Part shown: piece after piece, positions 9,735 to 19,470 of the stretch
Numbering within the stretch: position 1 is the stretch's first letter
Layout: every line of letters begins with the position of its first letter
Origin: a virus
Lineage: Duplodnaviria; Caudoviricetes
IMG/VR virus record: IMGVR_UViG_3300007363_000026
Span: 1 to 54,512 of that record
Length of the DNA: 54,512 nt
Direction: 5' to 3' (one strand)
Translations under genes and position numbers: made by a program
Notes under the pieces: model-generated
Database searches by the model: none
What the model was told of the DNA's origin: nothing
Seen by the model: only the letters and a program-made list of their open reading frames with translations

Positions 9735-11837
9735 TTAGCGGCCCATCGCCTTGTCCAGCGCTGCATTGAGAGCGTTGCGCTGTGCGTCATTCAGTTGCCA
9801 ACGCAGAGCATCGTATTTCTGGACGAGTGCCAGAGGCTGCATGGACTGCATGTCTGTATTGAATTCAGATTGCACCTTCGCTGCATCAGCTTGAGCCTTT
9901 GCAGAAGCGCCAGCCGCCGCCGTGTTGTTTTCTTCGCGCTTTCTAGCGGCCCGCTGTGTCGGCGTCTCTTGCGGGCGTGGCGCTGGTGCTGGTGCCGTTT
10001 GCGGAGATCCCTCCTGAACCCATTGATTGGGACCGACCTTGCGCAATCCGTTCAAAACGGTCCCGACTGGCGCCTTGGCAACGTCATCGACGGTTGGGGC
10101 TGCTGGTGCCGCTGTCTGCTGCGGTGCTGCCTCTGGGGCCTTTACCGTTGCCTCGCGCTGTCCTGCGAGCGCCTTCATTTCCTTTTCGGACCAAAGCGGG
10201 TTCTTTTCCGCCCAGTCCTGCATAGCGATATCAAAACGGTGATCGAGGCGACCGCCATTGTTCTGAGCATAGCGCAAGGCCATTTTTGCGATATCTGCCT
10301 CGCGCTGCATCATGCGCTTGCGCATCTGCACGAGGAATAGGTTGGCCTCTGGACTGTTGGACGTGTTGGCGGTCATGGCGTAAAGAAACTCGCGGTCCTT
10401 GTCCGACATAGCGCCCGGCATACCGCCAGCCGTGCCACGCATTTGCAGCGTCATTTCATTGCTGATCGCTTCCATGACCTGCGTCGGAGGTAGGCCCTCC
10501 GTCTTGATGCCGATGGCCTCCATGGCCCTATCAAACTGCTTGCGGACTCCCGCTCCCATGCCCTGAATGGTCGCTGGGTTTTGGATTAGCTTTTCGAGGA
10601 TGTTGTAGCTACTCATCGCGCTGGTTAGTTTTGGCAGGCTTTCGCGATAGCCCTTGTAAGCTCCGGCAAAGTCCTTGCCCGCCTCCTTGTCGTAGGCATC
10701 CTCAAAGGACTTATCATCTTGCAGAAGCGCAGCCGCTTCCTTCGGGATGAGCCCCGCCGCGACCATGACGCCCAAGGTGTACTTGTCGATGGACGGAGGT
10801 TTTTGCGGCGCACCAGATGGCACTGCCGGGGATGCTGATGGCGCTGGAAGCGTCTGCGGCTGGCCTACAGACACGCCAGGAACACCAGACGGCACACCCT
10901 GCATCGGCGCTGGAGGCATGCTTCCGGGTGCCTGCGCTGGCGCCCCTGCAACAGGCGCACCAGGGGTTAGTGGCCGCCCAAGCATGCGGCTTACCATGCC
11001 CCACTTTTCTTCCTGTTCAGCGCGCTTCAAGCCAAGCTGCTCGAGCATCTGAGCGCCGCGCATTTGCAGGGCTGGCACTGGCGACTGAATGAGCTTTCTT
11101 GCCTGATCCTTCATATCCGGCGATGTCATGGCATCCCGGATCGACTGGCTCTGTAGGTCTTGATTGGCACGTACGGCATTATCGGCGCCGCCCTGATATA
11201 TGCCACCAAACAAGCCACCCAGCCCCTGCGCCAGAGCACCCCAACCGCTGGTCGCCTGTGGCGTGTTTCGAAACTGCTGCGCTAGCCCATACTGAGACTT
11301 GATAATCTCGTCAGGCGTCCATTGACTAGTAAGGGGATCTGTTGCCATTGGTGTCGTGCCTGTTGTCAGAGCGCTTGAAAGTGTGGGCTGCGATGGTGGT
11401 GGAGCGGCAGGCTGCGAAGTGGGCGCTTTGTACCCAAGATTAAAGAACCTATGCGTGCCGAGATCGACGCCACTCCCATTGTCCCAGGATGGCGGCTGTC
11501 GCCCTAAAGCCGCCTGCGCCTTGGGCGAATAGAAGTGCGTTGCACCGTTGGTTGGGTCTGGATCGACGCCATACAAAACAGGCCAGATTGTCGTCGCGAT
11601 GCGCTGATAGTCTTCAGAGTTCGGGTCCAGCCCCTCAAGCGTCGTTCGCTTGCTTGACCAAGGCTCGAACTGGTTAGGCGCAAGAACCGTATCGGTGAGA
11701 GACTTGCCGCTAGATTTGGCCCGGTTCGCGATGACGGCAGCAACCGCACGCTGCCCTTCTGGCGCTTCACCCCTTGCTTCGCCCCATACGGTGCGGACGG
11801 CTTTGTCAAAATCATCAGGAGACCAAGAGGGAGCCAT
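9735..11837 (-). CDS. internal virion protein with N-terminal SleB/Hydrolase_2 cell-wall hydrolase
   Basis: TVWGEARGE...VAAVIANR...QFEPW...DPTNGATHFY...GTHRFF at the N-terminus of a 700-aa protein. Confidence 0.8.
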   Translation of the reverse strand: MAPSWSPDDFDKAVRTVWGEARGEAPEGQRAVAAVIANRAKSSGKSLTDTVLAPNQFEPWSSKRTTLEGLDPNSEDYQRIATTIWPVLYGVDPDPTNGATHFYSPKAQAALGRQPPSWDNGSGVDLGTHRFFNLGYKAPTSQPAAPPPSQPTLSSALTTGTTPMATDPLTSQWTPDEIIKSQYGLAQQFRNTPQATSGWGALAQGLGGLFGGIYQGGADNAVRANQDLQSQSIRDAMTSPDMKDQARKLIQSPVPALQMRGAQMLEQLGLKRAEQEEKWGMVSRMLGRPLTPGAPVAGAPAQAPGSMPPAPMQGVPSGVPGVSVGQPQTLPAPSASPAVPSGAPQKPPSIDKYTLGVMVAAGLIPKEAAALLQDDKSFEDAYDKEAGKDFAGAYKGYRESLPKLTSAMSSYNILEKLIQNPATIQGMGAGVRKQFDRAMEAIGIKTEGLPPTQVMEAISNEMTLQMRGTAGGMPGAMSDKDREFLYAMTANTSNSPEANLFLVQMRKRMMQREADIAKMALRYAQNNGGRLDHRFDIAMQDWAEKNPLWSEKEMKALAGQREATVKAPEAAPQQTAAPAAPTVDDVAKAPVGTVLNGLRKVGPNQWVQEGSPQTAPAPAPRPQETPTQRAARKREENNTAAAGASAKAQADAAKVQSEFNTDMQSMQPLALVQKYDALRWQLNDAQRNALNAALDKAMGR

Positions 11838-12697
11838 TAGCTGCTCGACGTGCCGCTATTGTTGAATAGCCCCTTGATGCCGCCATACGCTTTGCCTGCG
11901 AGCGTATTGCCAAAGCTGTAATTTGCTGGCATCTGGCCAAAGAGGCCGCCAAGCCCAACGCTCGCCAGATTGCCGATCCCACTCCACATATTCTTGTAGT
12001 TGTCGGCGGCGATGCGGTCAGCGTTGGCCTGCGCGCCAGCAAAATCCCCCGGCTGATAGCCAGGCGTCGAGATGTCAGCATTCTGTGGCGCAAGGCTGTT
12101 GAGACCAGACAGCAACCCAAGCCCCTGCCCTGCGATGCTATAGGGCGCCGCCTGCTGCTGGATTTGGTTGGACTGCAACTGTGCCTGCATGCCGGGAACG
12201 GCATTCCATGCCTGCGCCGCAGCGTTCTGGTCTGCAATGGCGAATTGCCGGTTGAGGTTGCCGGCTTCGTTCTGCTCGATCTCGGAACCCAGCGGAATAC
12301 CGCGCTCCGCAAGTGTCGTCTTCAGTGCGTTCTGCTGTTGCTGCCGCATGGGCGATGTCAGGGCGCCATAAGCCGCCATGTTGCCCTGCGCGATCGCAGG
12401 TGCCGTCATCGTGTCCCAGTTAAAATTCCCGGTGCCAAGGTTGTTGACGGTCTGGCCAAATGTTCCAGCAACTCCCGTGGCGTTCAGGCTTGGATCAAGG
12501 GACTGCGTCTGTCCGGTTGGCAACCCATTGGCGTCGACTTGCGTGGTCGAGGCTCCGAACGGGCCGGAGCGATTGGCGCCCTGCGCCTTCATCCCCAAGG
12601 AGCCAACTGCGGCGTCCTTGTTGTATCCGGTTTGCGTGTCAGCGACCTTCTTCGGATCTGCCGCCTGCGGTTTGTCAAACATTCCCATCAGTGCCAC
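11837..12697 (-). CDS. internal virion (ejection/pilot) protein
   Basis: Gln/Asn/Gly-rich; position typical of the first podoviral ejection protein. Confidence 0.6.
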   Translation of the reverse strand: MALMGMFDKPQAADPKKVADTQTGYNKDAAVGSLGMKAQGANRSGPFGASTTQVDANGLPTGQTQSLDPSLNATGVAGTFGQTVNNLGTGNFNWDTMTAPAIAQGNMAAYGALTSPMRQQQQNALKTTLAERGIPLGSEIEQNEAGNLNRQFAIADQNAAAQAWNAVPGMQAQLQSNQIQQQAAPYSIAGQGLGLLSGLNSLAPQNADISTPGYQPGDFAGAQANADRIAADNYKNMWSGIGNLASVGLGGLFGQMPANYSFGNTLAGKAYGGIKGLFNNSGTSSS

Positions 12698-13173
12698 CTG
12701 CAGTCTTGAGCCAGTAGGCCGTACATGATCATATCCGTCTTGCCTTCAGCCGCGGATTTGCGGCGAACGCCTTCAAGGATGAACCCAAGCTTCTCGACAA
12801 GAGTTCTCGACTTCTTGTTGCGTCTTGGGATGAACGCCGTCACGCGAGACAAACCGGCTATACAAAAGCAAAAGTGGAAGAACTCTCGACACGTTCTTTT
12901 GCTCAGCCATCCCGGCGTCCCGACAACGCTGATCTCAGCATCGCAGCCGCGAAAGTTGGCGACAAAGATCGCCCCAACCAGCTTATCGTTCCGCACCACC
13001 CCGAACGCCTCATAGGGCGACTGGCCAACAAAAGAGATGCCATGCGCTCCAGACTTCAGGGACGCCCACTCGAGCAATGCCGATCTCTGCTCTGGCGTTC
13101 TTGCTGGATGGAGAGACTTGAATTCCAAGCGCTGCGGAGCCGATGCCGCAGCATCGCCAACGAATTGCTGCAT
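12688..13173 (-). CDS. GNAT (RimJ/RimL-like) acetyltransferase-fold protein
   Basis: RVTAFI...NKKSR.LVEKLGF.LEG..R motif, after the tail nozzle gene. Confidence 0.75.
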   Translation of the reverse strand: MQQFVGDAAASAPQRLEFKSLHPARTPEQRSALLEWASLKSGAHGISFVGQSPYEAFGVVRNDKLVGAIFVANFRGCDAEISVVGTPGWLSKRTCREFFHFCFCIAGLSRVTAFIPRRNKKSRTLVEKLGFILEGVRRKSAAEGKTDMIMYGLLAQDCRWH

Positions 13174-14727
13174 CTATCGAATTCCACCCGGCTTAAACAG
13201 GAGATCCGTCGCGAACCAACGCAAGTCCTCGCTATTGCATGTGGCGCGCATGCGCACGGACACAGCGCGCCCCTCACCTCTGATCGTGTACCAAAGCGCC
13301 CGATAGTCGCTTTCCGTGCCCCAAGCGCTGCCCCAAGCCGAGCCCCAAGGCGTTGTCGAGGGGTCGTTGATCAGATCGACGCCATTGCCGACCAGCGTCC
13401 GCAACACGAAGTCGGTATCAACCCCAATGACGCCTGTTGCCGTGCCGGAGGCTTGGATTTTCGGCCGCATGCCCGTGAACAGGTTGTTCGACTGGCTCTG
13501 CTGCGGATAGATGAAGGCCGTGTTCGCAACCGCTGTGATGTTCGTTCCGGCATCCGTTGCGCCAGAGGCCGAATAAACGATGCCGCCCGTCTGCGCCCCG
13601 AAATAGAGAGTCCCGTTGAAGGAGCAGAAGCGGGAGGCATTCCATCCTGTGTGCGTACACCAGTTGCCGTTACGGCTATTCAGAACCCACTGCTTCGAGA
13701 GCACGCCCGTCGTCTGCGGCACGTTCACGTAAACGACGCCGTCATGCAGGCACCCGTGCCAGCCCGCATTGCCACTATCCAGAACCGCGTCGTCGGCGAT
13801 GCCAGGGGCCACCTTGCCCCAAGGGTCGATCCTTGCCAGATCCATTGCTACGCCGCCCACGGCAGCGGAAACCGGCAGCAAGCCTAACGTGGTTATCACC
13901 ACCAGCTCGCCACCCACGTTGAACAGGCATTGGCGCCCGATCGGAGGGGCCGCGGTCTTGTATTTGCCGATCAGGGAGAAAGTAGAACCAGGGTCGCCCT
14001 GATAGATAATGATCTCACCCGTCGACATGACGAATACGGTCATGTCATCGGCGCCGTCGCCGGCATCTCGAGACCATGACCCAGCCGCCATGCAGTAGCC
14101 ACCACTGGCCACCTGATCCAGTTGGAATTTAGTTAGGTTGGAGGCTGCCGTGATCTGCCCCACAGCCCCATACCAGACGTGAGCCTTGTCCTTTTCACAG
14201 AACCAGAGACGATTACGAATAAGGGCAATGTTGATCAGGTTCGTATTGGTAAGGCCAGATCCTGCCCACGCAATCGCACCCACCGTCGAGCCATCATAAA
14301 CTTGCGGCGTATCGGTCCCATTCACGAAAAACAGGCGATCCGAATACAGCGCCGTCTGCCAGCGATCGTCAGCGAAGCCCGTCGCTTTCTGCGTTGCGGC
14401 GCCTGCCGACGTGCAGTCGTAAATCTTGCCATTGGCGCCCGCCAGAAGCTTGCTAGCTGAATACCCCACATAGGCCGCTAGCGTCTTAACCTCACCGGAG
14501 CCCATGCCCGTTCCGTGCGAGGTCTTACCCTTGCGCAGCGTCACATCGCCAGAACCCGGAAAGAAGTTTTCCAGAATACGCGCTTCATTCGGCTGCAAGG
14601 CCGTGATGTCTGACCGCAGATTGATGCCGCCATACGGCGCAGGCAGCGACAGGGACTTGCCCTGCTCGAACTGCGTCGGGCGCATCTTAAACTGCGGCAT
14701 TCTTTTGTTGCGGATAAGCAAAGCCAT
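13174..14727 (-). CDS. tail nozzle / head-closure protein (P22 gp10-like)
   Basis: 517-aa beta-rich protein with PAPYGGIN...A..LENFFP...LRKG N-terminus. Confidence 0.75.
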   Translation of the reverse strand: MALLIRNKRMPQFKMRPTQFEQGKSLSLPAPYGGINLRSDITALQPNEARILENFFPGSGDVTLRKGKTSHGTGMGSGEVKTLAAYVGYSASKLLAGANGKIYDCTSAGAATQKATGFADDRWQTALYSDRLFFVNGTDTPQVYDGSTVGAIAWAGSGLTNTNLINIALIRNRLWFCEKDKAHVWYGAVGQITAASNLTKFQLDQVASGGYCMAAGSWSRDAGDGADDMTVFVMSTGEIIIYQGDPGSTFSLIGKYKTAAPPIGRQCLFNVGGELVVITTLGLLPVSAAVGGVAMDLARIDPWGKVAPGIADDAVLDSGNAGWHGCLHDGVVYVNVPQTTGVLSKQWVLNSRNGNWCTHTGWNASRFCSFNGTLYFGAQTGGIVYSASGATDAGTNITAVANTAFIYPQQSQSNNLFTGMRPKIQASGTATGVIGVDTDFVLRTLVGNGVDLINDPSTTPWGSAWGSAWGTESDYRALWYTIRGEGRAVSVRMRATCNSEDLRWFATDLLFKPGGIR

Positions 14728-14783
14728 TTGGCTGATTTTGCCTTGCGATGTGATATACTTACTGGCTTGCGCGGAGATTTGAT

Positions 14784-15281
14784 ATGACGGACAGAGTTAC
14801 ACACGAACAAGTGCGGACTTGGCTTTCTCTCGACTATGAAACCGGCCTATTCACGAGGCTTATTACGAAGGGCGCACGGTTCAAGGCCGGCACCATTGCA
14901 ACCCCTCTGAACAAAGGCGACGGTTATTACCGTATCTGCTTGAACTGGCGGCAGTACAATTATGCCCACGTCGTCTGGTTCTACATCCATGGCCAGTGGC
15001 CAAAAGAGATTGACCACATCAACGGCGACCGCTCAGATAACCGGCCTTGCAACCTGCGTCTCGCCACAAGAAGCCAAAACATGGCCGCTCGAAAGGAGTA
15101 CCGGAAGCCAAAGAGCGGCTATCGCGGCGTGACCAAGACCCAATGGAACAAATTTCAGGCATCCATTAGCGTCAACGGAAGGAAGCGCCATATTGGCGTA
15201 TACGACACCGCCGAAGAGGCTCATGAGGCATGGAAGGCCGCGGCTCTTGTGCTGCGCGGCGAGTTCGCAGAGACTTACTGA
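14784..15281 (+). CDS. HNH-AP2 homing endonuclease (free-standing, antisense)
   Basis: LDYETGLF...IDHINGDRSDNRPCNLRLAT.SQN, followed by an AP2-like SGYRGV...IGVYDTAEEA; extended -10 TGaTATACT at 14751-14759. Confidence 0.9.
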   Translation: MTDRVTHEQVRTWLSLDYETGLFTRLITKGARFKAGTIATPLNKGDGYYRICLNWRQYNYAHVVWFYIHGQWPKEIDHINGDRSDNRPCNLRLATRSQNMAARKEYRKPKSGYRGVTKTQWNKFQASISVNGRKRHIGVYDTAEEAHEAWKAAALVLRGEFAETY

Positions 15282-15988
15282 CCGTAGCCCGTCTCCGGGA
15301 GCGAACCTCCCGGGATGATGTGCCTGCGGTTCGAGTTAAGGTCGATCACGCCCTTGCCTGCGTTGTCGGCAAGAACCTCCTGCTTGATGGACTCATATTC
15401 CTTATATTCCGGCTCGTATGGCATGCCCTTGGCTTGCAAGAACCGCCACTTGAGACCCAACGTCAGAAGGTCTGCATCAATCCGTACCGTGTCGTTATCC
15501 GACGCGAACGTGTTGGTGTTCACGCTGTCGGATTGCCGGGTGATCCAGTTCTTGCTGTAGTAGTCGAAAGCGATCGTGTCCGTGCTTGATGGCGTCGGAT
15601 AGATCATGAACTGATTGCCGCGAATGGCGAACCAGCGCCTGCGAGTGGCATTGACCACGAACCCGGAATTCAGCCACTGCCAGATGATGGATGGCGTCGG
15701 CCCCGACATCCTCCAGCGGTTGGTGCGGTCCCACTGGCTCATGTTCGCGAATGCGATGAAGTCCGTTGGAAGACTGTACGTTGACGTACCGTTGGACGTT
15801 GTGAACGTGTATTCGCTGATGAGTTCGTTCCACCTGAACTCCCGAGCCAGCGTTCTCCCCTCTCTTGTGACCAAGGACACGCATTGCCTTGCGGTCAGGT
15901 TGCCGTTTCCGTAGAAGGAAGACGGCAATTCAAACCCGCTCATTTCACTGAGCGCGTCCGTGCAGATGGTCAGGAGACTGGTTGCCAT
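15275..15988 (-). CDS. head-tail adaptor / tail tubular protein A-like
   Basis: YSLPTDF...IYPTP...LGLKWRF.AKG motifs; precedes the nozzle gene. Confidence 0.7.
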   Translation of the reverse strand: MATSLLTICTDALSEMSGFELPSSFYGNGNLTARQCVSLVTREGRTLAREFRWNELISEYTFTTSNGTSTYSLPTDFIAFANMSQWDRTNRWRMSGPTPSIIWQWLNSGFVVNATRRRWFAIRGNQFMIYPTPSSTDTIAFDYYSKNWITRQSDSVNTNTFASDNDTVRIDADLLTLGLKWRFLQAKGMPYEPEYKEYESIKQEVLADNAGKGVIDLNSNRRHIIPGGSLPETGYGQ

Positions 15989-16201
15989 ATGGTTGACGCG
16001 CTCGCTAGTGGCCTATGGTGGCTCTATGGCTTTGTGGCCATAGGCGTCGGGCTGTGGTTTTGGTTTGATGTTGCCAAGGCAACGCGCGACGGCATCAAGA
16101 AAGACCCTAAGGGCACTTCTCTTATAATACTCAGGCAGGTGGGCTTGTTTGCAGCGATCGTGTTGGTGCTTTGGGTTGTGACCAAAGGCGGGAAAGGTTA
16201 G
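15989..16201 (+). CDS. small two-TM membrane protein (antisense moron)
   Basis: AGGAG at 15972 and ATG at 15989; two hydrophobic helices. Confidence 0.6.
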   Translation: MVDALASGLWWLYGFVAIGVGLWFWFDVAKATRDGIKKDPKGTSLIILRQVGLFAAIVLVLWVVTKGGKG

Positions 16202-17757
16202 GGAGACGCGCCGTTCTTGAGTTTCTGCAATTCATCGTACAAAGCGCGCTCTTCTAGTGTTAGTTTACGGGAACCGCGGACGCGACCATGCCCTTTGTTC
16301 CAGTAAAGGACGCCGTTTTTGTCGGGAGTGATCTTGTCTAGGAGGCTTGGAGATGCAGCAGCAGGGTTCGGTGGATTGGCAGGCGCTGCGGGCGCTGGCG
16401 CAGGATTTGCCGGAGGCGCCGGAGGATTTTGAGCGGCTGTCGGAGGCGCAGCAGTGGGCGTGGGCGCGGGCTCACCTTTCCCCACAAGTCTTCGCAGCAG
16501 TTGAGATAGCATACCAGGCTGAGCTTCGGGCGGCATCGGCTGAGCAGAGAATGCGCCAGGATGCGCATTCTTTAGGTCGACCCCAGCGTCGAGAGCCTTT
16601 TTGTAGTTCGTCGCTAGTTCTTCGGCCTTCGCGTATGGGTTTGGCTCTGCAATCGCTTTTCCCAAATCTTTATCGGCGGGTCGTGGGAGCTTAGACCCAA
16701 GGCCGTAAGCCGTGAGCGCGGTCGCCAATGCGCTGCCGCCTTCAACGCCAAGCCGCATCGGGTCGTGAATGAGTGCGTTGGCGTCCTTGAATGCCTTGCT
16801 CTCTGGATCTTTGTGCAGATCGTTCAGCAGTTCATAACCGCGCATTTCGACAGGTAGGCCAGCGCTGAACACCTTGCCGATCTGCGTTCCCACGCCTGGA
16901 TTTTGGCTGTTCTGAACAGCCTTCTGCGCCAGCGCCATCATGGCCGGATCACCAGCCCTCTGCGCAGCCATGTATCTGTCAATGGCATGCTGGGCGATAT
17001 TGTTACTGCGCTTGGTCAGAAGTCCCGAAATGGTCGTTCCTGCGGCAAATGCTGCGGGCATGGCCATGTCTTGGTAATCACCCCACAGACGTTCCCGCGT
17101 CGGCATTCCAGCCCGCTCTTTAGCCAGCGCCGCCTTGCCTTCGGCTGAGCTTTCCCATTCCTTGCGGAGCCTCGCCTTCTCGCGATCACCATCGCGGCGC
17201 TGCTCGTCCCTGATCATGCCACGAAGGTCGGCAAGCTGCGCGTCAATCGTGTCTATGTCTTTCTGAAAAGCCTTAGACTTTGGTCCCTCTCCCGCCGTCG
17301 CTCCTTTCTTCCCGTTGAGTTGCGCATCTAACCCGGCCTGCGCTTTGGATCGTGCATCTAGCAGCATTTTCTGCTGCTCAATCAGCCGATCCAGCGGCTT
17401 GAGTTCCTGCGAGTTGGTATCCGACGCCCCAGCCATGGATAGGCCCAGACCGCCCAAAAGAGCGGCGCCCAGAGGCGAATTGGCTGCGGACTTAGCTAGG
17501 TCGCCTCCGTAGCGAAGGCCGCTGGTGATGGCTCCAGCAGGCCCTGCCGTCATGCCGGCCGTGGCGCCCAGACCTTCAATGGCTGCAGGGATGTTGACGG
17601 GATACGGCTGAACGTCCCGATACCACTTGGGCATGTTGTCTGGTTCGTTCGGTCCCGGCATAGGACGCTCGCCCGGACCACGCCAAGGAGCCTTGGGTGG
17701 CCCACCTTCGAGCGCCATGCGCTTGAGAATATCCGCCGTGGTCAGTTCGTCAGCCAT
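16198..17757 (-). CDS. hypothetical protein, possibly virion-associated
   Basis: 519 aa with coiled coil, hydrophobic stretches, Pro/Ala linker and a short basic C-terminal domain. Confidence 0.7.
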   Translation of the reverse strand: MADELTTADILKRMALEGGPPKAPWRGPGERPMPGPNEPDNMPKWYRDVQPYPVNIPAAIEGLGATAGMTAGPAGAITSGLRYGGDLAKSAANSPLGAALLGGLGLSMAGASDTNSQELKPLDRLIEQQKMLLDARSKAQAGLDAQLNGKKGATAGEGPKSKAFQKDIDTIDAQLADLRGMIRDEQRRDGDREKARLRKEWESSAEGKAALAKERAGMPTRERLWGDYQDMAMPAAFAAGTTISGLLTKRSNNIAQHAIDRYMAAQRAGDPAMMALAQKAVQNSQNPGVGTQIGKVFSAGLPVEMRGYELLNDLHKDPESKAFKDANALIHDPMRLGVEGGSALATALTAYGLGSKLPRPADKDLGKAIAEPNPYAKAEELATNYKKALDAGVDLKNAHPGAFSAQPMPPEAQPGMLSQLLRRLVGKGEPAPTPTAAPPTAAQNPPAPPANPAPAPAAPANPPNPAAASPSLLDKITPDKNGVLYWNKGHGRVRGSRKLTLEERALYDELQKLKNGASP

Positions 17758-17766
17758 TGAAGCCGC

Positions 17767-18171
17767 CTATTTCAAGTTCTTCAGCTTGTAGAGGGTGGAG
17801 TCGATAAGCTGCGCGATTTCGTCGATGATGTTCTGAAGCTGGCTTTCCGTGACCAGCCCCTTGCGCATGGACTTGACGGTATCGCTGAGAGACTGAAGCT
17901 CCGTCACCGGCTCTTTGCTTGGGACCGTGTAGCCAGACGGGTAACTGTCGATGACGCCGTGGATGCCCTGATAGGCTTCCACGAAGCTGTCAACGAGATC
18001 CCCGATCCCATCATAGAACGAGCCAAGCGCCATGTGCTGGGCGTAGCTCTTGGTCTGGAGGTGCATCAGATGCGCGCTTGTGCGCGAGTGCATCAGCACC
18101 ATGACAAACTTTGCCACGTCGGAACTTTCCGACCCGCGCGTCTGCGTTAGCATCAATGCAAGATTTGACAT
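17767..18171 (-). CDS. ferritin/Dps-like four-helix protein (DUF5856-like)
   Basis: H..HLQT.SYAQH.ALG.FYD.I.DLVD.FVE.YQG...LQNIIDEI..LI.STLYKL. Confidence 0.75.
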   Translation of the reverse strand: MSNLALMLTQTRGSESSDVAKFVMVLMHSRTSAHLMHLQTKSYAQHMALGSFYDGIGDLVDSFVEAYQGIHGVIDSYPSGYTVPSKEPVTELQSLSDTVKSMRKGLVTESQLQNIIDEIAQLIDSTLYKLKNLK

Positions 18172-18648
18172 TTAGTGCGCCTTCTTTGCGCCGGTTGCCA
18201 GGAATTCCTTGGCTTTCTTGCGCCAAAGCTTTGAACCCGTACCAAGCTGCTGCGTCTGAGCGTCCGTCATCTCGGCAAGCTGCTCGACAGACGAGAAGCC
18301 GATTGTCTTGAGCCATGTGATCTTGGCTCGAGGAATAAAGTCGATCTCGTCAATGGAGGTGCCAACCTGACGAACCGGCTCGACGTGCAGGGCCTCGCCC
18401 TTCGACTTCATGTAGTATTCCCAGGCACCGGGGAAACGCCTGCAGATTTCCTCGCGGTTGAATTCCTTGAGCTGCTGATGGGAAACGTCCTGCGATCCTG
18501 CCACGCGCGCTTCCATTACCGGCACAAGGAAGGTCACTTCCCGTCCCTCTTCCTTGCTCATCTTGGGGTGCACCTTGGGCACCTCGATAACGCGACCAAC
18601 AACCTGCTGGCTGTCAGTTGCGGGGAACCACTTGTCGTGCATCATCAT
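18172..18648 (-). CDS. conserved phage protein with HhH-like C-terminus
   Basis: RFPGAWE.Y and LK.IGF.SVEQLAE.TD motifs. Confidence 0.65.
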   Translation of the reverse strand: MMMHDKWFPATDSQQVVGRVIEVPKVHPKMSKEEGREVTFLVPVMEARVAGSQDVSHQQLKEFNREEICRRFPGAWEYYMKSKGEALHVEPVRQVGTSIDEIDFIPRAKITWLKTIGFSSVEQLAEMTDAQTQQLGTGSKLWRKKAKEFLATGAKKAH

Positions 18649-18670
18649 GCTTTACCTCGTTTGGTTGTTG

Positions 18671-19243
18671 TCACTTCCAGAGGTCCGGCACCCAGCCGGA
18701 CGTGATTTGGTGCATCTTTGGGATACCGTGGAAGTTGAGCGCCATCGCACCTTCAGGCGGCCCATTTACGCAGTTGTCCAGCTTGAACGAAGGGAACCAG
18801 CCTTTTGGAAACGTCGGAGCGTCCGGCATGCATTCGGTGATCCAATCCTGATCACCACGAAGCCGCGTCATGACGTTCGGCGTAAAACTTTCCCAGACGT
18901 GACACTCATTGCCGATCAGTTTCATGATGCCGGAGCCAAGGCACCCAGAAGGATCACGCAGGATGCCGAAACCTTCCCAGTCTGCCAGCCTCTGCAAGTC
19001 GCCCACGATGAGCGTATCGAGGTCGAAGTAGGTCAGAGGAATACCAAGTTGAAACAGCCAAAGCTTTGACCACCAGCCCGGAAGAGGAACGCCAATCGGT
19101 TCACACGCAACACCGTCAACCCGCGCATCAGTAAAGCAGACAAAGTCGTGAGGGACGTGAAGGTGTCTGGCAACGCCGTTCTTGAGCCGCTGCACATATC
19201 TGTCGTCGTACTTCTTCCCGACCTTGACGCAGGCGACTAGCAC
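18671..19243 (-). CDS. GT-A fold glycosyltransferase
   Basis: CVKVG.KY...YV..L...FVCFTD...GWW.KL.LF...YFDLD (DxD)...GDQDWI...FHG.PK. Confidence 0.8.
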   Translation of the reverse strand: MLVACVKVGKKYDDRYVQRLKNGVARHLHVPHDFVCFTDARVDGVACEPIGVPLPGWWSKLWLFQLGIPLTYFDLDTLIVGDLQRLADWEGFGILRDPSGCLGSGIMKLIGNECHVWESFTPNVMTRLRGDQDWITECMPDAPTFPKGWFPSFKLDNCVNGPPEGAMALNFHGIPKMHQITSGWVPDLWK

Positions 19244-19470
19244 GAAGGCTCGACGTAACAGCTATTGAGAAGCGCAACCCACTTCGGAAGCTGATAATAG
19301 GCACTGATGTCTGCCGGATGCGTCGGTGGATTAGGAATGTGAGAGAGCGCCTGCTTGATCAACGCAGCGAGAGACATTGCCTCGTCCCCGCGAATGAAAA
19401 TCCCTGGCCAATCACCTTCGTGTTGAAGAATGCCGGTGTCTATTCTGCCCTTCAGCAACGGACACCCCAC
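19237..19470 (-). CDS. hypothetical phage protein
   Basis: DWPGIFIRGD motif; overlaps both neighbours; start uncertain. Confidence 0.55.
   Translation of the reverse strand: MGCPLLKGRIDTGILQHEGDWPGIFIRGDEAMSLAALIKQALSHIPNPPTHPADISAYYQLPKWVALLNSCYVEPSC

Noticed and set aside
12874-13887. Long plus-strand ORFs opposite structural genes (also 9005..9610, 21767..22531, 30141..30833)
   Set aside because: Antisense shadow frames expected in GC-rich DNA; no recognisable motifs.
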